DNA of 64,000 nucleotides, from contig NC_092672.1 of the NCBI RefSeq assembly GCF_964355755.1, positions 12,338,001 to 12,402,000 of the forward strand, read 5' to 3'. Below, in pieces: positions 41,301-53,900 of the stretch; position 1 is the first letter of the stretch, and each line of letters starts with the position of its first letter. Position numbers and translations under genes: made by a program. Source of the DNA: Antedon mediterranea (lineage: Eukaryota > Animalia > Echinodermata). The notes below the pieces were generated by a model, which was not told the origin of the DNA, did no database searches, and worked only from the letters and a program-made list of their open reading frames with translations.

Positions 41301-44300
41301 TGTGCCATTGATTCATTAATGTACGTACTGCTGTCAGTAAGGCTGAGCGGTAATTAATTACTCATACAGGTTGTACCATTGTTTCATTAATGTACGTACT
41401 GCTGTCAGTAAGGCTGAGCTGTAATTAATTACTCATACATCTTGTACCATTGATTCATTAATGTATGTACTGCTGTCAGTAAGGCTGAGCTGTAATTAAT
41501 TACTCATACATGTTGTACCATTGATTCATTAATGTATGTACTGCTGTCAGTAAGGCTGAGCTGTAATTAATTACTCATACATGTTGTACCATTGATTCAT
41601 TAATGTACGTACTGCTGTATGTAAGGCTGAGTTGTAATTAATTACTCATACATCTTGTACCATTGATTCATTAATGTACGTACTGCTGTCAGTAAGGCTG
41701 AGCTGTAATTAATTACTCATACATGTTGTACCATTGATTCATTAATGTACGTACTGCTGTCAGTAAGGCTGAGCTGTAATTAATTACTCATACATGTTGT
41801 ACCATTGATTCATTAATGTACGTACTACTGTCAGTAAGGCTGAGCTGTAATTAATTACTCATACATGTTGTACCATTGATTCATTATTGTACGTACTGCT
41901 GTCAGTAAGGCTGAGCTGTAATTAATTACTCATACATCTTGTACCATTGATTCATTAATGTACGTACTGCTGTCAGTAAGGCTGAGCTGTAATTAATTAC
42001 TCATACATCTTGTACCATTGATTCATTAATGTACGTACTGCTGTCAGTAAGGCTGAGCTGTAATTAATTACTCGTACATCTTGTACCATTGATTCGTTAA
42101 TGTACGCACTGCTGTCAGTAAGGCTGAGCTGTAATTAATTACTCATACATGTTGTACCATTGATTCGTTAATGCACGTACTGCTGTCAGTAAGGCTGAGC
42201 TGTAATTAGTTACTCATACATCTTGTACCATTGATTCATTAATGTACGTACTGCTGTCAGTAAGGCTGAGCTGTAATTAATTACTCGTACATCTTGTACC
42301 ATTGATTCATTAATGTACGTACTGCTGTCAGTAAGGCTGAGCTGTAATTAATTACTCGTACTGCTGTCAGTAAGGCTGAGCTGTAATTAATTACTCATAC
42401 ATGTTGTACCATTGATTCATTAATTTACTTACTGCTGTCAGTAAGGCTGAGCTGTAATTAATTACTCATATATGTTGTACCATTGATTCATTAATGTACG
42501 TACTACTGTCAGTAAGGCTGAGCTGTAATTAATTACTCATACATCTTGTACCATTGATTCATTAATGTACGTACTGCTGTCAGTAAGGCTGAGCTGTAAT
42601 TAATTACTCATACATCTTGTACCATTGATTCATTAATGTACGTACTGCTGTCAGTAAGGCTGAGCTGTAAATAATTACTCGTACTGCTGTCAGTAAAGCT
42701 GAGCTGTAATTAATTACTCATACATGTTGTACCATTGATTCATTAATGTACGTACTGCTGTCAGTAAGGCTGAGCTGTAATTAATTACTCATACATCTTG
42801 TACCATTTATTCATTAATGTGCGTACTGCTGTCAGTAAGGCTGAGCTGTAATTAATTACTCATACATCTTGTACCATTGATTCATTAATGTACGTACTGC
42901 TGTCAGTAAGGCTGAGCTGTAATTAATTACTCATACATCTTGTACCATTGATTCATTAATGTGCGTACTGCTGTCAGTAAGGCTGAGCTGTAATTAATTA
43001 CTCATACATGTTGTACCATTGATTCATTAATGTACGTACTGCTGTCAGTAAGGCTGAGCTGTAATTAATTACTCATACATCTTGTACCATTGATTCATTA
43101 ATGTGCGTACTGCTGTCAGTAAGGCTGAGCTGTAATTAATTACTCATACATGTTGTACCATTGATTCATTAATGTACGTACTGCTGTCAGTAAGGCTGAG
43201 TTGTAATTAATTACTCATACATGTTGTACAATTGATTCATTAATGTACGTACTACTGTAAGTAATGCTGAGATGTAATTAATTTCTCATACATGTTGTAC
43301 CATTGATTCATTAATGTACGTACGGCTGTCAGTAAGGCTGCGTTGTAATTAATTACTCATACATCTTGTACCATTGATTCATTAATGTACGTACTGCTGT
43401 CAGTAAGGCTGAGCTGTAATTAATTACTCATACATCTTGTACCATTGATTCATTAATGTACGTACTGCTGTCAGTAAGACTGAGCTGTAATTAATTACTC
43501 GTACATCTTGTACCATTGATTCATTAATGTACGTACGGCTGTCAGTAAGGCTGAGCTGTAATTAATTATTCATATATCTTGTACCATTGATTCATTAATG
43601 TACGTACTGCTGTCAGTAAGGCTGAGCTGTAATTAATTACTCATACATCTTGTACCATTGATTCATTAATGTACGTACTGCTGTCAGTAAGGCTGAGCTG
43701 TAATTAATTACTCATACATGTTGTACCATTGATTCATTAATGTACGTACTGCTGTCAGTAAGGCTGAGCTGTAATTAATTACTCATACATCTTGTACCAT
43801 TGATTCATTAATGTACGTACTGCTGTCAGTAAGGCTGAGCTGTAATTAATTACTCATACATGTTGTACCATTGATTCATTAATGTACGTACTGCTGTCAG
43901 TAAGGCTGAGCTGTAATTAATTACTCATACATCTTGTACCATTGATTCATTAATGTACGTACGGCTGTCAGTAAGGCTGAGCTGTAATTAATTATTCATA
44001 CATCTTGTACCATTGATTCATTAATGTATGTACTGCTGTCAGTAAGGCTGAGCTGTAATTAATTACTCATACATGTTGTACCATTGTTTCATTAATGTAC
44101 GTACTGCTGTCAGTAAGGCTGAGCTGTAATTAATTACTCATACATCTTGTACCATTGATTCATTAATGTACGTACTGCTGTCAGTAAGGCTGAGTTGTAA
44201 TTAATTACTCATACATGTTGTACCATTGATTCATTAATGTACGTACTGCTGTCAGTAAGGCTGAGCTGTAATTAATTACTCATACATCTTGTACAATTGA

Positions 44301-44987
44301 TTCATTAATGTACGTACTACTGTCAGTAAGGCTGAGTTGTAATTAATTACTCATACATGTTGTACCATTTATTCATTAATGTACGTACTGCTGTCAGTAA
44401 GGCTGAGCTGTAATTAATTACTCATACATCTTGTACCATTGATTCATTAATGTACGTACTACTGTCAGTAAGGCTGTGCTGTAATTAATTACTCATACAT
44501 GTTGTACCATTGATTAATTAATGTATGTACTGCTGTCAGTAAGGCTGAGCTGTAATTAATTACTTATACATCTTGTACCATTGATTCATTAATGTACGTA
44601 CTGCTGTCAGTAAGGCTGAGCTGTAATTAATTACTCATACATCTTGTACCATTGATTCATTAATGTACGTACTGCTGTCAGTAAGGCTGAGCTGTAATTA
44701 ATTACTCAAACATCTTGTACCATTGATTCATTAATGTACGTACTGCTGTCAGTAAGGCTGAGCTGTAATTAATTACTCATACATGTTGTACCATTGATTC
44801 ATTAATGTATGTACTGCTGTCAGTAAGGCTGAGCTGTAATTAATTACTCATACATCTTGTACCATTGATTCATTAATGTATGTACTGCTGTCAGTAAGGC
44901 TGAGCTGTAATTAATTACTCATACATCTTGTACCATTGATTCATTAATGTACGTACTGCTGTCAGTAAGGCTGAGCTGTAATTAATT
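26308..44987. repeat. 71-bp tandem satellite array, about 260 copies, 18.7 kb
   Basis: Consensus TTACTCATACATCTTGTACCATTGATTCATTAATGTACGTACTGCTGTCAGTAAGGCTGAGCTGTAATTAA. Period 71 confirmed by coordinates (26376, 26447); units differ by 0-3 substitutions. Confidence 0.98.
30038..30300 (+). mobile_element. tRNA-derived SINE inserted in the satellite
   Basis: A-box-like TGGCTTGGTGA, B box GGTTCAAGTCC, 3' CATCC..GGATG stem and an A-rich tail; flanked on both sides by array sequence. Confidence 0.85.
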
Positions 44988-44989
44988 TC

Positions 44990-45095
44990 AGTCGCCATTG
45001 TTTAAACCTTGCCATCATCTTCGTTTTTCATTTCAAGCACAAGATGGCGCACTACGACTAATTAGGATCGTTATGTCGTAGGCGTGACTTACTTA
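44990..45095 (-). promoter_or_regulatory. Candidate promoter/first-exon region adjoining the satellite
   Basis: Locally CpG-richer, with YY1-like AAGATGGCG (plus, 45041) and AACAATGGCG (minus, ATG at 44998). Lies just downstream of the putative 3' end of the Roco gene. Confidence 0.35.
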
Positions 45096-46244
45096 TCCCT
45101 CTACGTATAAATATCTTCTGAACGATTCAGCCCGCAAGAGGGCTCTATATAAATTTGATATACCATTATGTACTTCATTCAAAATGTATTTTTTTGTTGC
45201 ATAGCGTCTTTTTGTCGAGTTTTTGAAATCTTTTGATATTCTTTAAACGGATATTATTACACCATATTCAATAAGCTGGTGATAGCGTCGACAAAGAGGT
45301 TAAGCAAACAAAGTGAAAGTAAATAATACAGTATCATACATACACATACATTCTTACATTGTATTTATTACTGTAAGTTCCATTCTATATAGGATTTCAC
45401 AAATAATCGGTAAATGAAATATCTTACTATTATGTTATGTGATATAATAATATGTGTAATTTAATAAATAATACAACTAATTGATTAGAATGATAACTAG
45501 CAGAAAACATTTTGTCTCAATCCGTATTACTAAACAATCAATAAGTGTGAAATCAAACATATGTTATAAGTTCAATCAGTTCATGGCTAAATAAGCACAA
45601 CCAGTTAATACTGTCACCCATTCCATGTTTGAATCAATTATTGTGACCGCTATTATAATGCAGATAGTATATTGACGCTTTTTAAATTATCAAATAAATA
45701 TTGACGTCACACTTTATGCGGCAGATTTATTTTCAGATCTAACATTATGCACATTTCTCGACAACATTGAATTTATATAACATAATTTTAGAACAACTGT
45801 AGATAATGTATGTTCTGTCATTAAAAAAACATTTAAATTTCACACAATAAGAAAGTGATGCACTGTTGTCTAAATCTTCATTAAAAAAAAATAATAATGT
45901 TTATACAAGCTAGCCTCAATTAGTTGCTTGTTAACAACTATATTATATATTAAACTATTTTACTACAATAAATCTAGTCTTATAACATTACACTATGCAG
46001 ACATGATATTAATTATATAGTAAATAATAATAGGATTATGATTAATTTACCGTACTAAATAACGTAGGCCTATTCTACAAAAATAACTTTATCAAGTTTA
46101 CAGAATAGCATGAGTAAAACAAAAACGCGCATTTTAAAGAACACACAGAAAAGCGCATCCAAAATCATTGCAAGCATTACCACCAAGTGATAAGGAAATG
46201 TTTGTTTCAGAAATATAAAGTGAAGTGTTTTAATTAATAGGAAA

Positions 46245-46378
46245 ATGAAAATGGTATCAGACTTCATTTAACTAAGAAGAAAATGAAACAGTATCAGAAT
46301 TTTTTTAACTAAGAACATGAATAGTATCAGACCTCTTTTAATGAAGAAAGTGAAATGGTATCAGACCTCTTTTAATTA
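46245..46378. repeat. Short tandem repeat (about 35-40 bp, 4 copies) in the probable 3' UTR
   Basis: GAAA..GTATCAGA..TTTAA..AAGAA recurs four times. Confidence 0.6.
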
Positions 46379-47464
46379 AGATTTTGTATATACATTATTA
46401 GTTAGGCCTTTACGCATTCTTAAAAATTGCTTTTCAGCTGACATACTATATACGAATTTTAAATACCATACCGATACTACCCCGTATGTCTGTATCTCAT
46501 TAAACTTGGCTAAAATTGAATGAATACCAAGTGCAATATTAAAGGGAATAGTGTTTCTTAATAATTTCCACATAAAAACAACAGTATTCATCTGAATCTC
46601 GCCTAACTTACCACCATTATCAATGATCTATAGGTACTTTCAAATGGAAGGACAAAACTGCTATTAACTATGTAGTGCAATTATAGAGAAAAACCTTTCT
46701 TTTAGTTGGATATTTTTATGTAAGAAAATAATACTGTAGGCAGGAGTATACACTCTCGGAGTACCCTCTAGTTTGCTTTACAATCAGCCCCGAAATCTTA
46801 GTCGAAAGTTATCGAATAATATTTCCTTGCCTTTTATAACTGATTTTTTTATTTGGCGAATTTAAATCAATTAATATAACATTTACTGGCTTCAAAGCTC
46901 TGTCTACATTATTAAACTTTAAAACAAATTTGATGTACCCATATGTCATATTATTTATGTTCTGATTCTCTGTGTTTAGATAAGGATGCTTTAGACCAGG
47001 TCCGCCTAATATTATTAGCCAATCAATATCGTATAATTTTTGGAGGGAAAATGTTATCCTCCTCTGAAGCCTAAAATGTGCATGTCCAGTATAAAAGTAG
47101 AATGTAATAGATATTAATAGAAGAGGAGAGAATAAGATCAAAGTAGATAAACGGAAAGATGATAAAGAAAATAAGGCTTGACTGGTAGTAAGATGTATTA
47201 ATCGAGTTACAAGGAATAAAAGTTCTAGTTGAGTTAAATATATTTTTTGTATGAGTTATCATTCAGTGACAGTGTACGTCGCGTGGAGTTATATACGCCT
47301 GAGAAAGCTCGGAACCAACTAAAATATTCACTACAATATGGACGTGATGATGTCTGGGCATATAACACCTTTTTTTGCTCAAAATACTTTGAGCTTTATA
47401 TTGTTTACCCAAACACTTGATTAATTTACCGACATTGAGTTTGGTAATATACTCGGCATCAATG

Positions 47465-47994
47465 CTAAACATTATATTCTAACTTTTCAGCAGGAACAGT
47501 CAAGTTATTCTCCTTTAAAAATGCAATAAATGATTGCAAGTTATCCTCCCTTAGAATCCCCCTTTGTTCAAGATCTAATATCACAGTCCATTGGTTGTTA
47601 CTTTGTTTTTTTAGAACACTTTTCAAACGAATGAGATCTCTTGTATTTTCTTTCGAAAGTGCGTCACCAAACTGAATTAGGTGTTGTCGATATGTTGAGA
47701 AGGATGTGATACACTGGTTGGTTTTATCGAATGTCTCCTTTAACAGTTTGTTGACCTCCAAAACACCATTGGTACTAGTGACATTAATTGCGTCAATAAG
47801 AACTTTCACGTTGGTAGTGGTAACATTGCCAGATCGTTTCAATAAGTTGAAAAAATCTATGCAGTCAGCATTCTGTAGATCATTGTAAGGTTTTATCAGA
47901 TCTTTGCATAACACCTTCAGTTTATCAAGAGAGCCATGTTCATCATACCAGCTCGATACGTTTACCACGATTTTTTCAAAATCTTCAGATGATC
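47465..47994 (-). CDS. Roco terminal exon: tandem death-effector-domain-like pair
   Basis: FEKIVVNVSSWY..LDKLKVLCKDLI..DFFNLLKRSG and YRQHLIQFGDALSKEN..WTVILDLEQRGILREDNL, both with a DED-like hydrophobic pattern; ends in TAG. Confidence 0.8.
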
Positions 47995-50900
47995 CTGCAG
48001 TAAGGCATTGTAGAAAGAAAAGAATATTGAATAACATTGTACTAGTATCATTATAAACAAATACACTTTTGTTATAAACAAACGAATAAAGGTATAGTCA
48101 AAGAAACACACATTTTTACTTATGCCCGTCTTTTAAATAGCGTAGACAATATGTCAGTAGGCCAAGTGCGTTTACTATTAGGCCTACTGTATACGGTTTT
48201 TCTGTATTTATTTTGCGAACCTAAAGTGAATGACTCAATGAACCAATTGAATAAATCTGTGATTAGGATACATTTATCACAGTTTCTAAAGTGTTAACAC
48301 ATTTTCAAAGTGTGTTCAAATATAAACGTTTTAGTGAGCTTCCACCAGTAGGGATTACTGATACGGACTCTATATGATAAAAATACATTTTCAGCGCAAT
48401 ATGTTCAACTTTAATTCTTTTATGAAATGATATGCCACAAATCATGATGAGAATCCTACACAAGTGTTTGTGTGACGCATATTGTTGGGGCAGGCTTCCA
48501 TTGAACTACCCAAAAGTGGGAATCATTAAAGATAAAGATAACTTCACATCACATTTAAAGAGGGTAAATTATATGGTATTCAAACGTTAAAATGACCTTG
48601 TGGCAATACCATTATTACAAATATAAAGCTACCTCTATAGTGCAGTGTTGCTGGCTCTATACAACTTCTTCCTGAAAATGAAAAAGATAATTACGATAAT
48701 GAATGATAGAAACTGTTTTACTGCTCTTATTTGTTTGGTTTTTCCTACTTCTAACTGTTTCGAAAGTTGTGTTGGCATCACTATTGATAATCTAGTTTTT
48801 AAATTGTAGGGTACAGTAATGGTATTTCTAGGGCTGGTATATGTAATGCATTTTAACAGATGGTTAATTTATCAAGACTTTACTCAAATCTTGGAAGAAA
48901 GAAGAAAACATACAATGACATTGTTCTTCATAACTTTCGAAAACAAGTTATGTTTTAAAAACACTCATTCATTTTTAAAAGACTTATGTATGGTCAGATG
49001 AATACGTATAGTTCAATATTTCTAATACATGTATTTAATAATAGTGGTTGGTACAGTATGTAAGATAGTACAATATGTGTATAATAATGATCATAGTAAG
49101 TAATTATTAGTGTTAGGTGTCATGAATAGATTGCACGTAAAAGTTGAATAATGTTTTCATTATTTATAGTTTTATACAGATATCATTCCAATAGTAAAAG
49201 TGTGAAACTGTGTAATCAACATACTTACTTGTTATTTCTGTTGTTGAAGACATGCGTGTTTCAAATGTCTTTTCTCTTTCTCTTTCGGTGGCAGTAATTT
49301 GTTCAGCTGTAAAAAAAAACAATTCATTTGTAAAAAAGCAACATAAGAGTTATTGTTTTGAATTCCTTTCCAACCTTATAGAATTCTTATAATAAATTCA
49401 AAAAATAAGTGTAAACAATACTATTCAGTTACTTTAGAGAACATAAAATAAAGCAATAAATGTTCAGACAAACGTACCGGGCAAAAACAGACGCTTGATA
49501 TGAGCAGTATCCATAGCGTCATTCTTTCCACATTCAACCGAATTCTCGTTTAAACACCTTTTGAGATTGTGTAAGTGATGTTTATTTGGATTACAAAAAG
49601 TGCATAATACACGAAGGTTGTAACCGATACCCTCGTATATAGTGCAGACAGTTTGTAGTTGTTTCTTCAAGTAGCTTAGTACCTAAAATGAGACGGACAT
49701 TTTCTCTTAAGATATAATATATTATTACATGTCATTATAATTATTTAATTTGTTAATTTCGTGCTCATTACCTCCATGCAGATACTTGGTTGTAGTTCTG
49801 GTTTAACTGTCAACGCTATGTTAGTGTCATCAATATCTGTAGTAGGTCTCCAGATTCGTAGGCGATATATTTCAAGCTGTTAAAAAAGAGAAAAATGTAT
49901 ACATGAAGCATGATCGGGACCGTTACAAATTTCAGAATCACCTTTTGTTAAATTGAATACAAAATACAACATTAAGTTCACAACTTTAAGTAGGGCTAAC
50001 ATTAACGGACACATTCGATGTGGCAGGTGATTATTAAAGTAATCCAGATTTTATGATATTTCCTTTTACATAATTCATAATTGAGAAATGTAAATTTTCA
50101 AAAAAATTCATCTGGTTTCAAATGGACATTTAATAAATAATTGTTAACTTTTCCGTTAAACCAGTTGACAAGTACTTACTTGCTACGTTTCAGCTACTTT
50201 CAGTAGCCTTGGTCACGCAAATGACGTTGACATGATGTTCTGTCATTCGTCATAGTGTGAGCCACATCTACGATGACTTAATAAAAAGGGACACCCGAGC
50301 ATCCAAAGGGGGACACCAGCAGAAAGCTGAACATCAGACTAGACGAATGACAGAACATCATGTCAACGTCATTTGCGTGACCAAGGCTACTGAAAGTAGC
50401 TGAAACGTAGCAAGGAAGTACTTGTCAACTGGTTTAACCAAAAAGTTAACAATTATTTATGAAAATTGTAAATTATCAAAAGAGCATGTCAATAGATATA
50501 CTGAATATATATACCTTCAATGCATATGGTTTTTCTTGTGCATTGTTAATTTTGACGGCACCTAGACTGACTCTATGTTCTTTAAAGTTGAAGTCACTAC
50601 GATTCCGATATACTAGTGGATCATCACTGTCGGCTTTCGTCATCAATTCAAGAAATGCAACCACTAAAGTGTGGTACACAGCATCAGGGAGAAAGTCGGT
50701 CGGAGTAAGGTAAATTGATACCATTTGCACATTATCATCTTTGGTGACTTCCAGACGCTCTTTGTCAACTTTCATCCGACACGGAACCAAGAACACTCGG
50801 TTTCTATCTTTAACCTCCTTGTTATGAACATAATTACATAATTTAAAAAACGAATTTTATTTATTCTTTAATTTCTTTAATATTAAAATAATGTACTAGT

Positions 50901-53900
50901 TTTACTATCTACGGTTTTTTCCTTCTTACATCACATTTATGTTTATTTTCATACAATAATGATGTTCATAATAATGATACAATGATTTTTATTCCTAAAA
51001 ATAAAAAAAAACTAATTTAAACATAAAATGATATCAGTCTAGTGAACGTAAAATACGGAACAACTTCCTAAAAACATCACAGATTCATCTACAAAACATG
51101 CGTTTTTTTCTTAAAAGATTTATTATTTAACTCTAAACTGTTATGTTAAAAAATGAAAAAACAGTACAGTTAATGTTTAGCTTTGTTTTTGTCTGTCGCT
51201 ACTTTGTATTTCCATATACAATTATAACTTGGTTTAATTTGTGTTAGAATTAAACTGTTAATTAATAATTGTGAATCAAAAGCCGAATTATAAATTTATC
51301 TATACCATTATCACATTTGTTTTATTATTTGTATGATAATCAGTGTATTAAACATGCATTGTTAAGTTTGTTTAGATTGCATTTATAATTTAGACCATAC
51401 ATGCATACATAATATTAATAAACCTTAGTTTAGGAGTGTACTTACCGCCATTTCAAAAAGTAACCGAAACTCCTTCATTACTTCTATAAACACTTCAAAG
51501 TGGCCTTCTTCCTGTTGCCATAGATAACGTAGTAACTTCTCCTCGAGAATCCCTTTCTGACTAAGCTTATTCCATAACTGTCTCAGTTGCTTCTGTGTAA
51601 AAATAGTCTTAACTGTATCACTAAACACACGGTAATAATTATGTTTGACGAATCAATGAAATTAAGTCAAAAACAACAATGCAATTCCTGCCTACCTTTT
51701 TAATAGTCGGTTTAACTACTGTGATCACCTTTGTCAACATCTGAATCATTATTTGAATATTTGTTATCACTGTGTTTTCTAATTTCTTGTTAGTATTTGA
51801 ATACATGATTGCTCCAATGTCATTTAGGTACGTTAGTGCATGTAATAGCCCATCTGTTGAAATTCCACATTCAATGCAAATCCCAGAAGCCTAATAACAA
51901 TTTGAGATCATTTAAAGAATTTGCGTAGTACCCTCTATTAAATCATATATATATTGTAGATCTTACTATAGTTTATTGTAAAATCTCTATGATTAAATGT
52001 AGACGAGGTTTTTAGAAATTAAAATAATAAATTGGGTAAACTTGACTCTCACATTGTTGTAAAACTTCGTTCTAGCCAGGGAAAGAGACGTTTTGACCAA
52101 ATTAAAAAGCTTTGAATTGATGTAAAATATAAGAAACCTAACATTTTATCAGTTTCTTTAAACTTACTCTATTCTGTCTGATGTCAACCTATTTTGTTAG
52201 CTGCATTATGGGAGTTGTTTCAATAGGTGTAAAACATGACCGGGGTAAAGATATGTACAGCGCTTAGAGCATTAAACAAATGTGGCTCTTTATAAATCCA
52301 GGATCATCATTATCATTTTGGCTCTTTATAAATGCAAGATCATCATTATCATTGTTATTCCCGTCGTCGTCGTCGTCGACATTTTTAATAACCATTTCTT
52401 CAAAATTACAAAATTCTGCTAAAACGGGCCAGCCAGAATGATATACATTGTCCGATATATAGAATAGACCTACAGTATATTTTATAACCAACAATAGTCA
52501 ATACATGATTATTATCTTTAAAAAATAAAAACCATACCTCAATGAAGGTAATGCACAGTCTGGTTTTTCCAATTCCGTGCAACCTTTCTTGCAAATCAAG
52601 CCACTTTAATGGAACGGTTCTCACCATGTCCTTCATGTACCGACCAACGTTTCTTCTTAGTTGTTTTATACCTTCATGCGATTTTACAGTGTTATCGACC
52701 ATGTACATTTCACGATCTACATGATCGGCATATGGCATTCCTTCCATTGTTCTAAACATTAACTGAAACTTCTCCTCCACTTCCTTTAATAAAAATACTG
52801 TTTTCATTACAAGCTTAATCAAAACAAAACGAATTTATCTTTTATTACAAAATGTTCATCCACATTCTGATTTGAATACGTCTATCCGATAATTACCTCC
52901 TCCTCAGACCGTATACTATTCTTTATTACCGTTTTATCATCCTACCGTCGCAACATTGTAAGATTAAATAAAATAATTGCAGAACCAATATTACCTTGAT
53001 CCAATTTTTGGATTTTGACTTTTTCAATTTGTCCATATGTGTAGCAACCAAACAGATAGGAGGTGACTCGATGATCTTGCCATCAATACTAATGGGACTT
53101 CCTGGACCATGTCGTTTCACAGTATGTTCATAAATGGACCTTATCCAGAACATATTCATTTCCAAATTAGTCATTCCTAGTAAACTCTAAAATTACAAAT
53201 AAAATGCAATCTTACAATTAAGATAAAAGTATTCTAAATATTAATTATAATTATATGTATATATATTTAAGCAAAATACGATACATAGCAAATACAACGA
53301 ACAATAGGTGATCAAAACATATAATTGTCTACCAGTTTCCATCTAAATGTGTAAATGTATACAAATACTCTATTGTATAATGTTAAAGTATAAAAACTAT
53401 ATCAAAATTAATTAAAAATAATAATATTGATGTCATTGTACTAGATTTCCTAAGTCTAAATTAAAAAAAAAAACATATATTACTAAATTTGAAAATAATA
53501 TAATAGTATATCACGCATTTACAAATACAATTTAGTTTATGTTTCGGCTACAATTAGATAAGTAAAATTATGTCTTAATGAAGATGGAAGTGCATCCCAT
53601 AATCAACATAATGAATGAACAATAATATTCGTGAACTTACTGTGGGTAAATCTCGCGGATTAGCTGGTCCATCCAAGTTATCACACGCTCGTGATTTAGC
53701 TGGATCATCATCCAAGTTATTATACGCTCGCGGATTAGCTGGTTCATCCAAGTTATCACACGCTCGTGATTTAGCTGGATCATCATCCAAGTTATTATAC
53801 GCTCGCGGTTTAGCTGGTTCATCCAAGTTATCACACGCATTAAACGCAACACAGTACGACACTCTATTTGTGAGAAAGAACTAAACAAAACAAAGTTGAT

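Larger units (their letters stand above)
50133..50460. mobile_element. Inverted pair of Penelope-like element terminal-repeat remnants
   Basis: About 119-bp near-perfect inverted arms (50133-50251, 50342-50460), each containing TGACCAAGGCTAC..GTAGCTGAAACGT, a motif typical of PLE termini. Confidence 0.65.

Noticed and set aside
26308-44987. CRISPR-like array
   Set aside because: Units are contiguous near-identical monomers with no unique spacers, there are no cas genes, and the context is eukaryotic.
46809-47472. ORFs downstream of the Roco stop
   Set aside because: No motifs; most simply AT-rich 3' UTR (candidate AATAAA at 45364-45369 on the minus strand).
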